A DNA stretch of 64,000 nt, from positions 39,742,001 through 39,806,000 of the forward strand of contig OZ024740.1 of NCBI GenBank assembly GCA_964016885.1, written 5' to 3'. The position numbers were made by a program, and so were the translations under genes. The DNA is from Eledone cirrhosa. Taxonomy: Eukaryota. Of this stretch, positions 25,390-37,852 are shown one piece after another (the stretch's first letter is position 1; each line of letters starts with the position of its first letter). A model generated the notes under the pieces. It saw only the letters and a program-made list of their open reading frames with translations, was not told where the DNA came from and searched no databases.

Positions 25390-26712
25390 TACAATGGCCA
25401 CTATACCCTTTAAGTATACTCCACGAGCTGGACTTGCTGATGAGCAGAAAGACCACTTCTATGAGGTCCCCTACCTCAATGATGAATGACAGTGACATCA
25501 TTATTGCAGCTGGTTACTTCAATGGACATTTTGGGAAATACCATAATAGGTTTCCTGGCATGCATAGAGGCTAGAGATATGGTAGAAGACTTGAGGAGGG
25601 GACTAGACTTCTGGAGTTTAGTGATGCTCTTTTACCTAACGATCTACAACACAAACTTCAGGAAACCAGTCAGCCACCTGATCACTTACCAATCAGGGAG
25701 GTATACAAGCTAAATATACTTTGTTCTCACCAGAAAACAAGATAGATGAATGGTCATAAAAGTCCTTTCTTGAGGAAGAATGTACTTCACAATTTAGATT
25801 AGTTGTCAGTGACCTTAGAGTAAGGGCTAGGTGGGCTGAGACAAAAGACAGTTTGGGAAAGGAAGAAATGGAAGCTGAGAGAGCCCTCAGATGGCAACAA
25901 ATTCATAGAAATCCTACTTGAGGCCTATGACAGTAAAGAAGAGCTGGAGACATATAACAGTGAGAAAAATTGGGAATTTTTGTGGGACAACCTACTGAAA
26001 GCTAAGGACTAAATTTGTGGTTGGAGCAAGATCACAGAAAAACAGTGTACTGTGGTGGTGGTGGTGGTGGTGGTGGTGGTGGTGATGATGGTATGATAAG
26101 GTAGAAAAAGCTACAAAAACTAAAAGAGAAGTCTGGGGAGACTGGAGTAAAAGAGGCAACAGAAAGCAATACCAAATCGCTAGAAGGTAGGCTAAGTGCC
26201 AAGTATACTTAGCAAGGGGAGAAGCAGGAAACAAGCAGTTTGTACATGTTCTGTGATGTAATGATCAGTGGTGTGAAGTGTTCTGGATTGCGAGACAGTG
26301 TGCTAGAGAAAATTAAGATGTGGTGAAAGCAAAGTGCATCAGAAATGATAGTGGAGCTCTTCTGATATCAAAGAGAAAGAGGTGTGAAAGACCTACTACA
26401 AGAGACTATTGAACATAGAAAATAAATGGGACAATGAAGGCCTACCCCACATAGATCGAAATGAGGGGCCAGCCATAAAAGTTAATAGCAGTGTGATAGG
26501 TAAAGCAATTAAGGACTTGAAAGTAGGAAAAACAGCTGGACAATCTGGTATAGCAGCTGAGATGCTGAAAACACCTAACATGGTAATACATGAGCGAGTC
26601 AGATACATAGTTGATTATGTAGTACAGGAAGGGGTCACCCCCCAATGGCTGGTGCAGCAGTATCATTGTAAATTGATGCATAAGAGGGACGTAACTACAA
26701 AGGCATCAAGTT
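25390..26712 (+). mobile_element. Decayed RTE LINE (endonuclease to early RT)
   Basis: AGYFNGH (GDFNGH motif), NTNFRKPVSHLITYQSG, KVGKTAGQSGIAAEMLK. Confidence 0.88.
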
Positions 26713-26811
26713 CACCATCACTGTGCACCTCTCCCCCATCCATGATCCCTCTACTATGCCTCTTTCTATAATATAAATGATATTGCTATAGTATATTATA
26801 TTGATATTGCT

Positions 26812-27470
26812 ATCTCCTGCCCTCGAATATGAATCTAGTGAAGTGAGGCAAATCAGATAACCTGAGTGCCCACTTCACCAGTGTAGACAGACAGTGGAAT
26901 ACATTCTGAGCTCATGCAGAGTCGCACTAATCCAAGGAAAATACATGTGGAGACACAAGCAAGTGCTTAAGGAGATTGTGCATGTGATAAGTACTGCAAA
27001 AGTAAAACCTATAGTGCAAGAATCTCCAGCAACATTCTATACGCAGGAGGCAGAAAATCATGGGCAGGAGTAGCTATGCCATACAGAACATGGGAATCAA
27101 GTTTTCTGGGTGATGCAGACGACTGGGAGTATACAGCAGACCTCCCAGGATTGGCAAAACAACTAAAAAATATCAAAACAACTGATTTTGATTGAACTCA
27201 CCATGCCATTTTAAAGTAGAATAGAAGAAGCACTTGTGTTCAAGACCGAAAAATACACCAGTTTAGCCTAAGGGAAGCCGACTTCCAGGTCAAATACACA
27301 ACAAGCCTCTGATATCCAAATGGCTAAAGGTCAACAGAATAGCACCCAAGAATCATGACCTGGATGTGGGCCGGCCCCCTTAGAGTGTAATAGGTTAAGG
27401 GCTGAAACACTTGCTTCTTCTCTGAAGACCTTCTGCTGTCCAGCTCTCCTGAGAGTTTCTTATCACTGTT
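26812..27470 (+). mobile_element. HERO-like (restriction-like endonuclease) non-LTR element, 3' fragment
   Basis: Zinc knuckle remnant TVEYILSSCRVALIQGKYMWRHKQVL and LIELTMPF..RIEEA..FKTEKYTSLA; its 3' UTR (AAGGGCTGAAACAC...CTCTGAAGACC) also occurs at about 8863-8940. Confidence 0.75.
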
Positions 27471-27529
27471 GATATTGATATAATATATTATATTTGTGAA
27501 GTAGAGGCTTGAACATGAGCTCAGGCAGT

Positions 27530-28000
27530 TCTAACTAGTTAGCTCTTCAGAGGTAACTAAGCAAAACTGCCTGACCTCTGAAGAGTTAACTAGCCAAAAC
27601 TGCCTGGCCTCTGAAGGGGTAACTAGCCAAAACTGCCTGGCCTCTGAAGGGGTAACTAGCCAAAACTGCCTGGCCTCTGAAGGGGTAACTAGCCAAAACT
27701 GCCTGACCTCTGAAGAGTTAACTAGCCAAAACTGCCTGGCCTCTGAAGGGGTAACTAGCCAAAACTGCCTGGCCTCTGAAGGGGTAACTAGCCAAAACTG
27801 CCTGGCCTCTGAAGGGGTAACTAGCCAAAACTGCCTGGCCTCTGAAGAGTTAACTAGTCAAAACTGCCTGGCCTCTGAAGGGGTAACTAGCCAAAACTGC
27901 CTGGCCTCTGAAGGGGTAACTAGCCAAAACTGCCTGGCCTCTGAAGGGGTAACTAGCCAAAACTGCCTGGCCTCTGAAGGGGTAACTAGCCAAAACTGCC
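27530..28000. repeat. 33-bp minisatellite, about 14 copies
   Basis: (TGCCTGGCCTCTGAAGGGGTAACTAGCCAAAAC)n. Confidence 0.96.
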
Positions 28001-28562
28001 GGAGCTCACAGTCGATCCTCTACTTGACCAATATACCCTCTCTGCATCTTATCATGTATCAACTATGTCTCAGATTTGTGGTCTTCCTGGTCTCCATACC
28101 ACAGATTATCTATATAATATATTATATTGATATTGCTATAATATACATGATGTTGCTATAATATCGATATTGTTATAATATGTAATATACATAATATTGT
28201 TATAATATACAACATGATATTGCTCTAATAAATGATATCGATATTGCGATAATATATTATATTGATATTGCTATAATATACAATATTCATATTCTCTTTT
28301 ACTCTTTTACCTGTTCTAGCCATGTTAGATTTGCCAGTTACATTCTATTATTTTATTTTGTTTTGGTTTTTCTTTAAAAATAAGTTAACAAACAGCCTAA
28401 GTATTTTTGAAAGAACACTTTTTATAATACACAAATATACTGTAATATTTTAATTAAACTATATTGATTCATATATTGGTTGATGACATTAAGGTCTAAA
28501 CAAAATGAAAAATTATGAAGTATTTATTTCAAAAGGTATTGAAATTTATGGTAAGGAGTATT

Positions 28563-28655
28563 CTACTCTATATCTGGTGTTGATTGAAACATCAGCTTGA
28601 CAAGTAGAAAACTGGCAGGAATCAAAAATACAGAATAAGTTGAGCCAACAGCAGC
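28563..28655 (-). CDS. 12-Cys protein, coding exon 6 (last): AAVGSTYSVFLIPASFLLVKLMFQSTPDIE*
   Basis: Acceptor ctttattttgtag|; phase 0 matches exon 5; hydrophobic tail; TAG stop; AATAAA about 35 nt downstream (about 28525). Confidence 0.72.
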   Translation of the reverse strand, partial: AAVGSTYSVFLIPASFLLVKLMFQSTPDIE

Positions 28656-29047
28656 CTACAAAATAAAGGTACAATATTAGAAATTAATATTGGTGTCATG
28701 CATTGTTATAATAAATTTAGAATTGATTTGAATGCCAAACAACATCTATGATGAAAAGAATATAAAAACATGGTTTTTATTCAATATTTTCGACCTTGGA
28801 AAGTCTTCTTCGTTGAATTGTAAATTTTAGTAAAGGTTCTAGAAGTTTTGAGTGTTGAAATCATATTTACTACATTCAAATCACCCCTAAAATCATTGAA
28901 TAATATATTATGTAAATAAACTAGTAGATAATAAATAAAATAGTTTAGTCACCATTTGAATTAATCTCCACTCTCTTTCTCTATTTTTAATCTATGATAA
29001 TCATTTATAAGTGGTTTTGAACTGTAATGCTATATCCAAAAAGGAAG

Positions 29048-29272
29048 TTTTAGCATTTACATTATTCTATAGTTACTATTGTATTTTCACAGTAAAGGTT
29101 TTATTTTACATAATTATCTATGTAATATCAAATCTACGAGATTTTGATGTCACTTATTTTGAGAACAATACCTTAATATAGGTATGAGCAGCCAGTTATG
29201 GCTGGTTTGAACAGAAAGAGGTGAGAGAATGAATTCTGGCCAGATATGGCTGGTTTAAATGCTGAAGGGTTA
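29048..29272 (-). mobile_element. piggyBac-type MITE
   Basis: Reverse copy of 43903-44122, ends AAATGCTGAAGGG|TTAA. Confidence 0.8.
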
Positions 29273-29413
29273 AAGAATAAGTGGAAGATATACAAATACC
29301 TGCTTTTTACCTATTGAATAAGAGAAATATATTTTATCTAACTAGAGAGATTTGGCATTTAAACAACCAACAACATTTATATACATTTGTACATTCTTGA
29401 GTCTCTCTTTGTG

Positions 29414-29445
<32 letters not shown>

Positions 29446-29826
29446 TTAATGTCTATCTTCCACGCTAGCATGGGTTTGAGCCTATGGAAAATGACATTTG
29501 ACCAAAATACCATACAGTGGAGTTGAACTTGAGACCTAATGGTTATGAAGCAAACTTGTTAACTATTTGGTCATTCTGTTTCCATTAAGATGGAGATAAT
29601 CACAAAATGAAAATTACTTACAGCAGAACAAAGAATTTGAGTTGGAGACATTGTTGACATGCCGTAGGATGGTGCCTGTAACCAAAATCACAGAATTTCT
29701 TTAATAAATAAGATATATATTTTTTTTATTATTTATACCTATATGCTAATATATTATTTTGAAAGATTCTGTAGAGTAAACTCACCCTACCTATGGATAC
29801 ATTAAATAAATGGTTTCACCCAATCT

Positions 29827-29875
<49 letters not shown>

Positions 29876-29879
29876 CATC

Positions 29880-30150
29880 ATCATCACATCCTCACCGTTT
29901 TACATCCGTTCTTCCATGCTAGCATGGGTTAGACAGGTTGTCCTGTTGTGGGCAGTGTTCGGTCGGCTGACCTTGTCTTCCTCATATGGGAACTGATTCT
30001 GGCTCGATTTCTACAGCTGGATGCCCTTCCTAACACCAACCTCATTTACAGTGAGTGCTGGGTGCTTTTTTGCCGTGGCACCTACATGGCCACTTTACAG
30101 TGTGGGCTGGGTACTTTTTGCCGTGGCACCTCCACGACCACTTTGCAGTG
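29880..30150 (-). mobile_element. SINE-like element with an RTE-type 3' tail
   Basis: (CAT)n-TTTTACATCCGTTCTTCCATGCTAGCATGGG tail plus CTGGATGCCCTTCCTAACACCAACC; related copies at about 35230-35600, 45770-45925 and 48465-48750. Confidence 0.7.
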
Positions 30151-30170
30151 GGAAGGTGAGCGGGGGGGGG

Positions 30171-30211
<41 letters not shown>

Positions 30212-30253
30212 TCATCATCATCGTTTAACGTCCATCTTCCACGTTAGCATGGG

Positions 30254-30297
<44 letters not shown>

Positions 30298-31602
30298 TGA
30301 ATTAAAACACCAAATATGTTTAGAATTTTGTGTTTCTCAATAAGCAAGCTCAATAGACTTTATCTAGAGCCATAATAACCAAATGAAAAGATATATGTAT
30401 ATAGAGAGAGAAAGAGTCATATATCATACAAGAAACACAGTATATTGTATATATACCAAATACATATTCTATAGAAAAATAGGTACACAGATGGAATCAT
30501 AAGTGAAATAGAGCTATAAGGTTTCACTTATGATTCCACCTGTTATATATATATATATATATTTAAAATTAAAAAACTTAGTTAAAGACTCACGTTAATC
30601 CCCTATAATTTAATGAGCTCAAGGAATAGATTCTGGGCTCTTTATAAAACAGTATATAGAGAGAAATACACAAAGACATATGTTTTTAATTATAGGGGAT
30701 AGAGTGAAGAATATATTGTCTACAAAAGGAAAGGAGAATACAGATCAATTAAAAGAATAAATTACAATGTACCAACCATCCAATAATAACCATAACACCA
30801 GGACATGCTCTAACTATAGCATGTTTCAACACAAAAAGTGTAGATTCCATTTTGTAGAGGGCTTGTCAACAGGTGGACCACAATATAGTCTACACTTTTA
30901 AAAATATATTAGATAACGAAAATAATGCACATGGTGTAAAGAGAAAAAACACATGCTAAACATGTGGCATGAATGGACCAAAAGACTGCTAAAAACAGCA
31001 GCTCCAAACCATTCAACTTAAGAAGCTCTACTTACACATAGAAATGAATTAGGAGGCAATATAATATCCCCTATAATTAAACATATACTTCTTTGTGTAT
31101 TTCTCTATATATACTGATATATATATATATGAAACACAAATTTTAATAATTTTGAAAACCAAACAATGCATTAGAAAGAAAATTAAATCCCTAAGATAAC
31201 AAAAAAATCTTACCTTAGCAAATTTAATGATCCCAAATATTTTCTGGTTTAAAAACCCACTATCAATGGAGTATCCCTAGGAGAGACTTAAAGGATCGTT
31301 CGGAGTTGACTTGTTTGGAAGGCAGATTTAACTTAAATCTTGATAATGAGTTTTTAAACCCGAAAATATTTGGGATCATTAAATTTGCTAAGGTAAGATT
31401 CTTTTGTTATCTTAGCGATTTAATTTTCTTTCTAATGCATTGTTTGGTTTTCAAAATTATTAAAATTGTGTTTCCTATTCAACAATGCTTCAAGCAAACT
31501 ACAAAACTGTTATATATAATAACTGTATGCCCACATATTGGGATAAGTTATAAAAAGAAACTGAAAGCTCAATTCAGTGAGAAAATATGTAAATCTTTTT
31601 CT

Positions 31603-34202
31603 TGGAGTTGTTTGTGTCACATCTATCTGTGGAGTTGTTTGTGTCACATTCCTATCTGTGTTGTTGTTTGTGTCACATTCCTATCTGTGTTGTTGTTTGT
31701 GTCACATCTATCTGTGGGGTTGTTTGTGTCACATCTATCTGTGTTGTTGTTTGTGTCACATCTATCTGTGTTGTTGTTTGTGTCACATCTATCTGTGTTG
31801 TTGTTTGTGTCACATCTATCTGTGGGGTTGTTTGTGTCACATCTATCTGTGGGGTTGCTTGTGTCACATTCCTATCTGTGGGGTTGCTTGTGTCACATTC
31901 CTATCTGTGTTGTTGTTTGTGTCACATTCCTATCTGTGGGGTTGTTTGTGTCACATCTATCTGTGGGGTTGCTTGTATCACATCTATCTGTGGGGTTGCT
32001 TTGTCACATTCCTATCTGTGGGGTTGTTTGTGTCACATTCCTATCTGTGGGTTGTTTGTGTCACATTCCTATCTGTGGGGTTGTTTGTGTCACATCTATC
32101 TGTGGGGTTGTTTGTGTCACATCTATCTGTGGGGTTGCTTGTTTCACATCTATCTGTGGGGTTGCTTGTGTCACATTCCTAGCTGTGGGGTTGTTTGTGT
32201 CACATCTATCTGTGTTGTTGTTTGTGTCACATTCCTATCTGTGAGGTTGTTTGTGTCACATTCCTATCTGTGGGGTTGTTTGTGTCACATTCCTATCTGT
32301 GGGGTTGTTTGTGTCACATCTATCTGTGGGGATGCTTGTGTCACATCTATCTGTGGGGTTGCTTGTGTCACATTCCTATATGTGGGGTTGTTTGTGTCAC
32401 ATCTATATGTGGGGTTGCTTGTGTCACATTCCTATCTGTGGGGTTGTTTGTGTCACATTCCTATCTGTGGGGTTGTTTGTGCCACATCTATCTGTGGGGT
32501 TGTTTGTGTCACATTCCTATCTGTGGGGTTGTTTGTGTCACATTCCTATCTGTGTTGTTGTTTGTGTCACATTCCTATCTGTGGGGTTGTTTGTGTCACA
32601 TTCCTATCTGTGGGGTTGTTTGTGTCACATTCCTATGTGTGGGGTTGTTTGTGTCACATTCCTATCTGTGGGGTTGTTTGTGTCACATTCCTATCTGTGT
32701 TGTTGTTTGTGTCACATTCCTATCTGTGGGGTTGTTTGTGTCACATTCCTATCTGTGGGGTTGTTTGTGTCACATTCCTATCTGTGGGGTTGTTTGTGTC
32801 ACATTCCTATCTGTGTTGTTGTTTGTGTCACATTCCTATCTGTGGAGTTGTTTGTGTCACATTCCTATCTGTGGGGTTGCTTGTGTCACATCTATCTGTG
32901 GGGTTGCTTGTGTCACATTCCTACCTGTGTTGTTGTTTGTGTCACATCTATCTGTGGGGTTGTTTCTGTCACATCTATCTGTGGGGTTGCTTGTGTCACA
33001 TCTATATGTGGGGTTGCTTGTGTCACATTCCTACCTGTGGGGTTGTTTGTGTCACATTCCTATCTGTGGGGTTGTTTCTGTCACATCTATCTGTGGGGTT
33101 GCTTGTGTCACATCTATATGTGGGGTTGCTTGTGTCACATTCCTATCTGTGGGGTTGTTTGTGTCACATTCCTATCTGTGGGGTTGTTTGTGCCACATCT
33201 ATCTGTGGGGTTGTTTGTGTCACATTCCTATCTGTGGGGTTGTTTGTGTCACATTCCTATCTGTGTTGTTGTTTGTGTCACATTCCTATCTGTGGGGTTG
33301 TTTGTGTCACATCTATCTGTGGGGTTGTTTGTGTCACATTCCTATCTGTGGGGTTGTTTGTGTCACATTCCTATGTGTGGGGCTGTTTGTGTCACATCTA
33401 TCTGTGGGGTTGTTTGTGTCACATCTATCTGTGAGGTTGTTTGTGTCACATCTATCTGTGGGGTTGTTTGTGTCACATTCCTATCTGTGGGGTTGTTTGT
33501 GTCACATTCCTATCTGTGGGGTTGTTTGTGTCACATTCCTATCTGTGGGGTTGTTTGTGTCGCATTCCTATCTGTGGGGCTGTTTGTGTCACATCTATCT
33601 GTGGGGCTGTTTGTGTCACATCTATCTGTGGGGTTGTTTGTGTCACATCTATCTGTGGGGTTGTTTGTGTCACATCTATCTGTGGGGTTGTTTGTGTCAC
33701 ATTCCTATCTGTGGGGCTGTTTGTGTCACATCTATCTGTGGGGCTGTTTGTGTCACATCTATCTGTGGGGTTGTTTGTGTCACATCTATCTGTGGGGTTG
33801 TTTGTGTCACATCTATCTGTGGGGTTGTTTGTGTCACATTCCTATCTGTGGGGTTGTTTGTGTCACATTCCTATCTGTGGGGTTGTTTGTGTCACATCTA
33901 TCTGTGGGGTTGTTTGTGTCACATCTATCTGTGGGGTTGTTTGTGTCACATTCCTATCTGTGGGGTTGTTTGTGTCACATTCCTATCTGTGGGGTTGTTT
34001 GTGTCACATTCCTATCTGTGGAGTTGTTTGTGTCACATTCCTATCTGTGGGGCTGTTTGTGTCACATCTATCTGTGGGGTTGTTTGTGTCACATCTATCT
34101 GTGGGGTTGTTTGTGTCACATCTATCTGTGGGGTTGCTTGTGTCACATCTATCTGTGGAGTTGTTTGTGTCACATCTATCTGTGGAGTTGTTTGTGTCAC
34201 AT
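31603..34202. repeat. 27/29-bp minisatellite in intron 5 of the 12-Cys gene
   Basis: TGTGGGGTTGTTTGTGTCACA(TC|TTCC)TATC; accounts for the 600+ aa Cys/Val ORFs. Confidence 0.97.
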
Positions 34203-34620
34203 ATCTTTGATCGATGACTATTCTTTCCACTCAGAAAAATGTGGAAGGTAAATTAGATTTTTTGTTTGTTTATTTATTTATTTATTTATTTTGTAAAACA
34301 AAATCTGAAGACTTTCAAAGGATAGGAAAGCATTTTAAAATGTGACCTCACTATTATAAGATATTTCTGCTCTTCTAAAACTTAGCTTCGACAATTTTCA
34401 TTGAAATATATATACTAGGATTAACCATTTCTGAAAAGTTCACCTCTGGCAAGATTTCAACATAGAAAGAAGAAACTAAATACTGTCAGACATATAGTCT
34501 AACTCTCTGTCATTCCTTTCATTTCTGCCATTCCACTATATTGTGTACAAATAATACTGATTACTATATGTAATTAGCTATTTTGTTACGACAATAAAAC
34601 TGAAAATAAAAGAGGCTTAC

Positions 34621-34747
34621 AGGGCAGTTAAGAATATTCCTTTTGAGTTTCAGATGAATTTCCCAATAACTTCTAGTAAACTGCATTGCATCATAGCCAC
34701 ACTGATGCGCAACATTCATTCGACAGATAACCATGTTGTTTAAAGTG
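34621..34747 (-). CDS. 12-Cys protein, coding exon 5: (S)TLNNMVICRMNVAHQCGYDAMQFTRSYWEIHLKLKRNILNCP
   Basis: Acceptor tatattttgcag|, donor |gtaagc; 127 nt; phase 2 in, phase 0 out; open frame. Confidence 0.88.
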
Positions 34748-35016
34748 CTGCAAAATATACAAAGAATAAAGAAATATTTAATAAAATAAACTTCGAAGAA
34801 AAATTACTTCTTTTATTGTAAGTTGTTTCAATGTATCCTGCTCAAGAAAATCCTAAATAGACAGACTCTTCAAGAGTTTATTCAGTCTAAAACACTGAAA
34901 ATATGGTAAAGTGTAAACAAACAAAAAAGTAATTTTAAGGTTTTTTTTTTTTTGGTTTTTTTTTACTAATTTCTTTTATTTCGTTCTTTTTTTTCTACAG
35001 ACTTGAAACAGTTTAC

Positions 35017-35104
35017 CTGCAGTTGTTAGATACACCAGATCCGCAATCTTGAAGTGATTGTTTAGTAGATGGGCTTGACAGGCAAGGAATAACAGCCATC
35101 AGTA
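35017..35104 (-). CDS. 12-Cys protein, coding exon 4: (L)LMAVIPCLSSPSTKQSLQDCGSGVSNNC(S)
   Basis: Acceptor tttactttattttaaag|, donor |gtaaac; 88 nt; phase 1 in, phase 2 out; the only open frame is the one required. Confidence 0.86.
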
Positions 35105-36508
35105 CTTTAAAATAAAGTAAAACAGGATTTATAAATATAACTTAATACTTAAAAAGTGTTAAAAGATTTGTTTCCATAAACAATACTCTAACAGTGAGAG
35201 GTTTGGAGTATTTATCAGTTTAAATTAATCATCATCACAATTTAATGTCTATTTTCCGTGTTTGCATGGATTAAATGGCTGTCATGTGTTGAGGCCAGGC
35301 TGGTCAGGTGATTAGGTCCTGCTCATGCATTTTGTTTTGGCTTGGTTTCTATTGCCAGATGCCCTTTCTAATGCCAACGACTTTATAGAGTGTACTGGGA
35401 GCATGGTTTCTGTAGCTGGATGACTTTCCTAACACTAGTCACTTGACAGCATCTACTCAGAGAATGGTTTCTATGGCTGGATGCCTTTCTTAATGTCAAC
35501 CACTTTACAGCATGTAGTAGGAGCTTTCTAACACTAATCATTTACAGAGTGTACTGGGAGCATTTTATCATAACTCCAACACTACCACCTTACAGAGTAA
35601 ACTGGGAGCTTTTGTAGTGGTACCAGCACTTGTTCCTTACAGCACTAGAGTTGTCCGGGGAAAGCTTAAGCCTAGGGTCCAGCATTTCATTGCAGAAAGG
35701 GAGGGAGTCAGTGTGGTGCCCAGCTTCCTTTGGTGACCTAAAAGGGAAGCATTTATACACTGCTTGGGGAATGTGGTTGAGTGGGTGGTATCCATCATTT
35801 GTTTGGGGGGTGCCAGGTTTTCCTGGGTTGGGAGAGTGTTGGAGGTGCAAATTTTAATCAATGAAGGTTTCTTCTAGATGTCTATGCTAGCATGGGTTGG
35901 GCAGAGAAGTCAGAAGTATATTAGCAAGTGAAGATCTGAAAGTTGTTCCATTTCTCTGCTTCTTTGGGTTTGGGGTGGAGAAGGGGATCAGGGGTGTGCT
36001 GGGAGAGACTTCAGAAGTATTCTAGCAGGTGGGAGATGGGACTTAAGTGCTGTAACACCTCTCTACTTCTTAGTGATTAGGGTGAAGGGTGGTAGGTGGA
36101 TTAGCCATCCTACTTCTGCTGCATGGGAAGGTGAGTTCCTCATATTATCAAATATCGCCAGTTTTCTCTGCCCTGGGTCCTCTCCTTTGTGAGGTTCAGC
36201 TGCATGAGGTTAGCCCTCACCACATCATTCAGGTTTTCCTAGGCTTTCCCTTCCAAGGGTTGTTTCGACTTCAAGCACCTTGCATTACTTTATGCAACTG
36301 TCATCCTTCAAATGTATTACGTGTCCATACCATCACACTTCACCTGATGCCTAATTAATTGGTTAGCAAACTGAGTGATGGGTTAATTAACTGTATAGAA
36401 ATAGTAATAAATCTGAAGTGAAATTTAACCAATGCAGGTATTTTGTTTTGCATTATGACCCTTCTAAAATATAATATAAAAATAAATTAAAATTATATGA
36501 TAACTTAC

Positions 36509-36642
36509 GTCCAAATGCTTTATTGCAAACCCAAGATAAAAATTGGGTTTGTTGTTGAATGTTTACTTGCGCAGTGGCATTGTTCATCTGGCAAGATCCT
36601 GTATAAACAGTTTGGAGGCAGGATACAAACTCTGGGAGATTT
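36509..36642 (-). CDS. 12-Cys protein, coding exon 3: (G)NLPEFVSCLQTVYTGSCQMNNATAQVNIQQQTQFLSWVCNKAFG(L)
   Basis: Acceptor ttttttgtgaaaag|, donor |gtaagt; 134 nt; phase 2 in, phase 1 out; lies inside track ORF 36453..36650. Confidence 0.88.
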
Positions 36643-36759
36643 CTTTTCACAAAAAAATTATAGAAACAAGATATTTATTTATTCAGTAGTTAATATTTGT
36701 TTTAAAGAGAGTCATTTTTTTTTTTTTTTGCGTTTTAAACATAATGTTGAATAGACATT

Positions 36760-37390
36760 AACTGTTAAATGTTATGACACAGATGCAGACTCTGTGGAAT
36801 AAACAACAAGGATGTCCCCCACATCATAAATAGCGGTCCGAAGATGTCATCACGATACTATCTACCTATGTGGCACGATTTGGTGGCCAAAACACTATAC
36901 AATGCAATACGTACAAAGGATATTCTTAAAAATTTAAATATGAAATATATAAAATGTTACAGTGATGTGGAGGGCATACTCACACATGATATGAAAGAGT
37001 ACTGGTGGAATGTTTTAATCAAAACTCAAATAAAATCTAAATATAACAGACCAGACAATGTGATATGGGACAGAGGAAAGAAGGCAAGCACAGTAGTAGA
37101 AATCAGCTGCCCAGCAGATGTTAATATAATGCTTAGGATTTGTTAAAAGGAGAACATTTATACTGAACTACTGAGGAATCTGCAGATACTCCTCTCTGAC
37201 TATACCTTTAGTTTTGTACCTGTGATCACTGGGGCTCTGAAATATGTTACTAACTACCTCAATACAAGTTCTGAGAAGCTGTGCTTCACGGAAGCAGAAA
37301 GAGCACAGCTAATGAGGAAATTACAAGTACAGTTCATTAATGGAAGTGTAAAAATATGTAAAAAAATTCCAGAAGTTTAGCATGTAATAA
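36760..37390 (+). mobile_element. R4/Dong-like non-LTR element, 3' fragment (zinc knuckle plus restriction-like endonuclease)
   Basis: RCRLCG...HII...WHDLVAK...YNRPDNVIWD...VVEISCPADVN...FVPVITGAL. Confidence 0.8.
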
Positions 37391-37403
37391 CTGCATATAC
37401 ACA

Positions 37404-37560
37404 CAGGGCCGTCTTAACGCATGGGCACGCTGGGCAGTTTCCCAGGGGCCCCACGAGGATAGGGGCCATTTCTATTTTTATTCCTGTGTGTGGTTGTGTA
37501 GGTAGGGGCCCCAGTGCTCTGCTTTGCCTGGGAGCCTATAATGCTGTTAAGACAGTCCTG
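37404..37560. mobile_element. 157-bp hAT-type MITE
   Basis: TIRs CAGGGCCGTCTTAAC / GTTAAGACAGTCCTG; perfect 8-bp TSD TATACACA. Confidence 0.92.
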
Positions 37561-37852
37561 TATACACACATAAAGATATAGAAGCATATGTATACGTGTA
37601 CATATAACTCAAAACATACAAATCCATGCATACAATGATATCCGTACCTGCACACACACACGCATACACACACGCAGGCACACACACACGCATACACACA
37701 CGCAGGCACACACACACATACATACATTTCTACCTAGTTAATGTTGTCTAAATTCCAATGAAAGAGTCTTGTTTCTGAGTTAGAAACTAGCTTTCTTTAT
37801 ATTGATGAGAAATTAATTAAAAAAAAAAAACAGAACATACATACATACATAC

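Noticed and set aside
25436-25455. CTGATGAGCAGAAAG hammerhead-like core
   Set aside because: Lies in RTE endonuclease coding sequence and has no stem II.
27395-27440. Hammerhead ribozyme (GAAAC ... CTGAAGA), also at about 8868-8905
   Set aside because: Core words are in type II order, but I could not build stems I and III, an NUH site or the usual G-C pair closing stem II; treated as retroelement 3' UTR. An Infernal search of the family consensus would settle it.
31306-34251. 600+ aa Cys/Val-rich ORFs
   Set aside because: Open in several frames because the 27/29-bp repeat lacks stops on that strand; intronic and antisense to the real gene.
35001-35052. Plus-strand terminal exon after ttttttttctacag (LETVYLQLLDTPDPQS*)
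   Set aside because: Overlaps minus-strand exon 4, which fits a complete phase-consistent gene; no plus-strand partner exons found.
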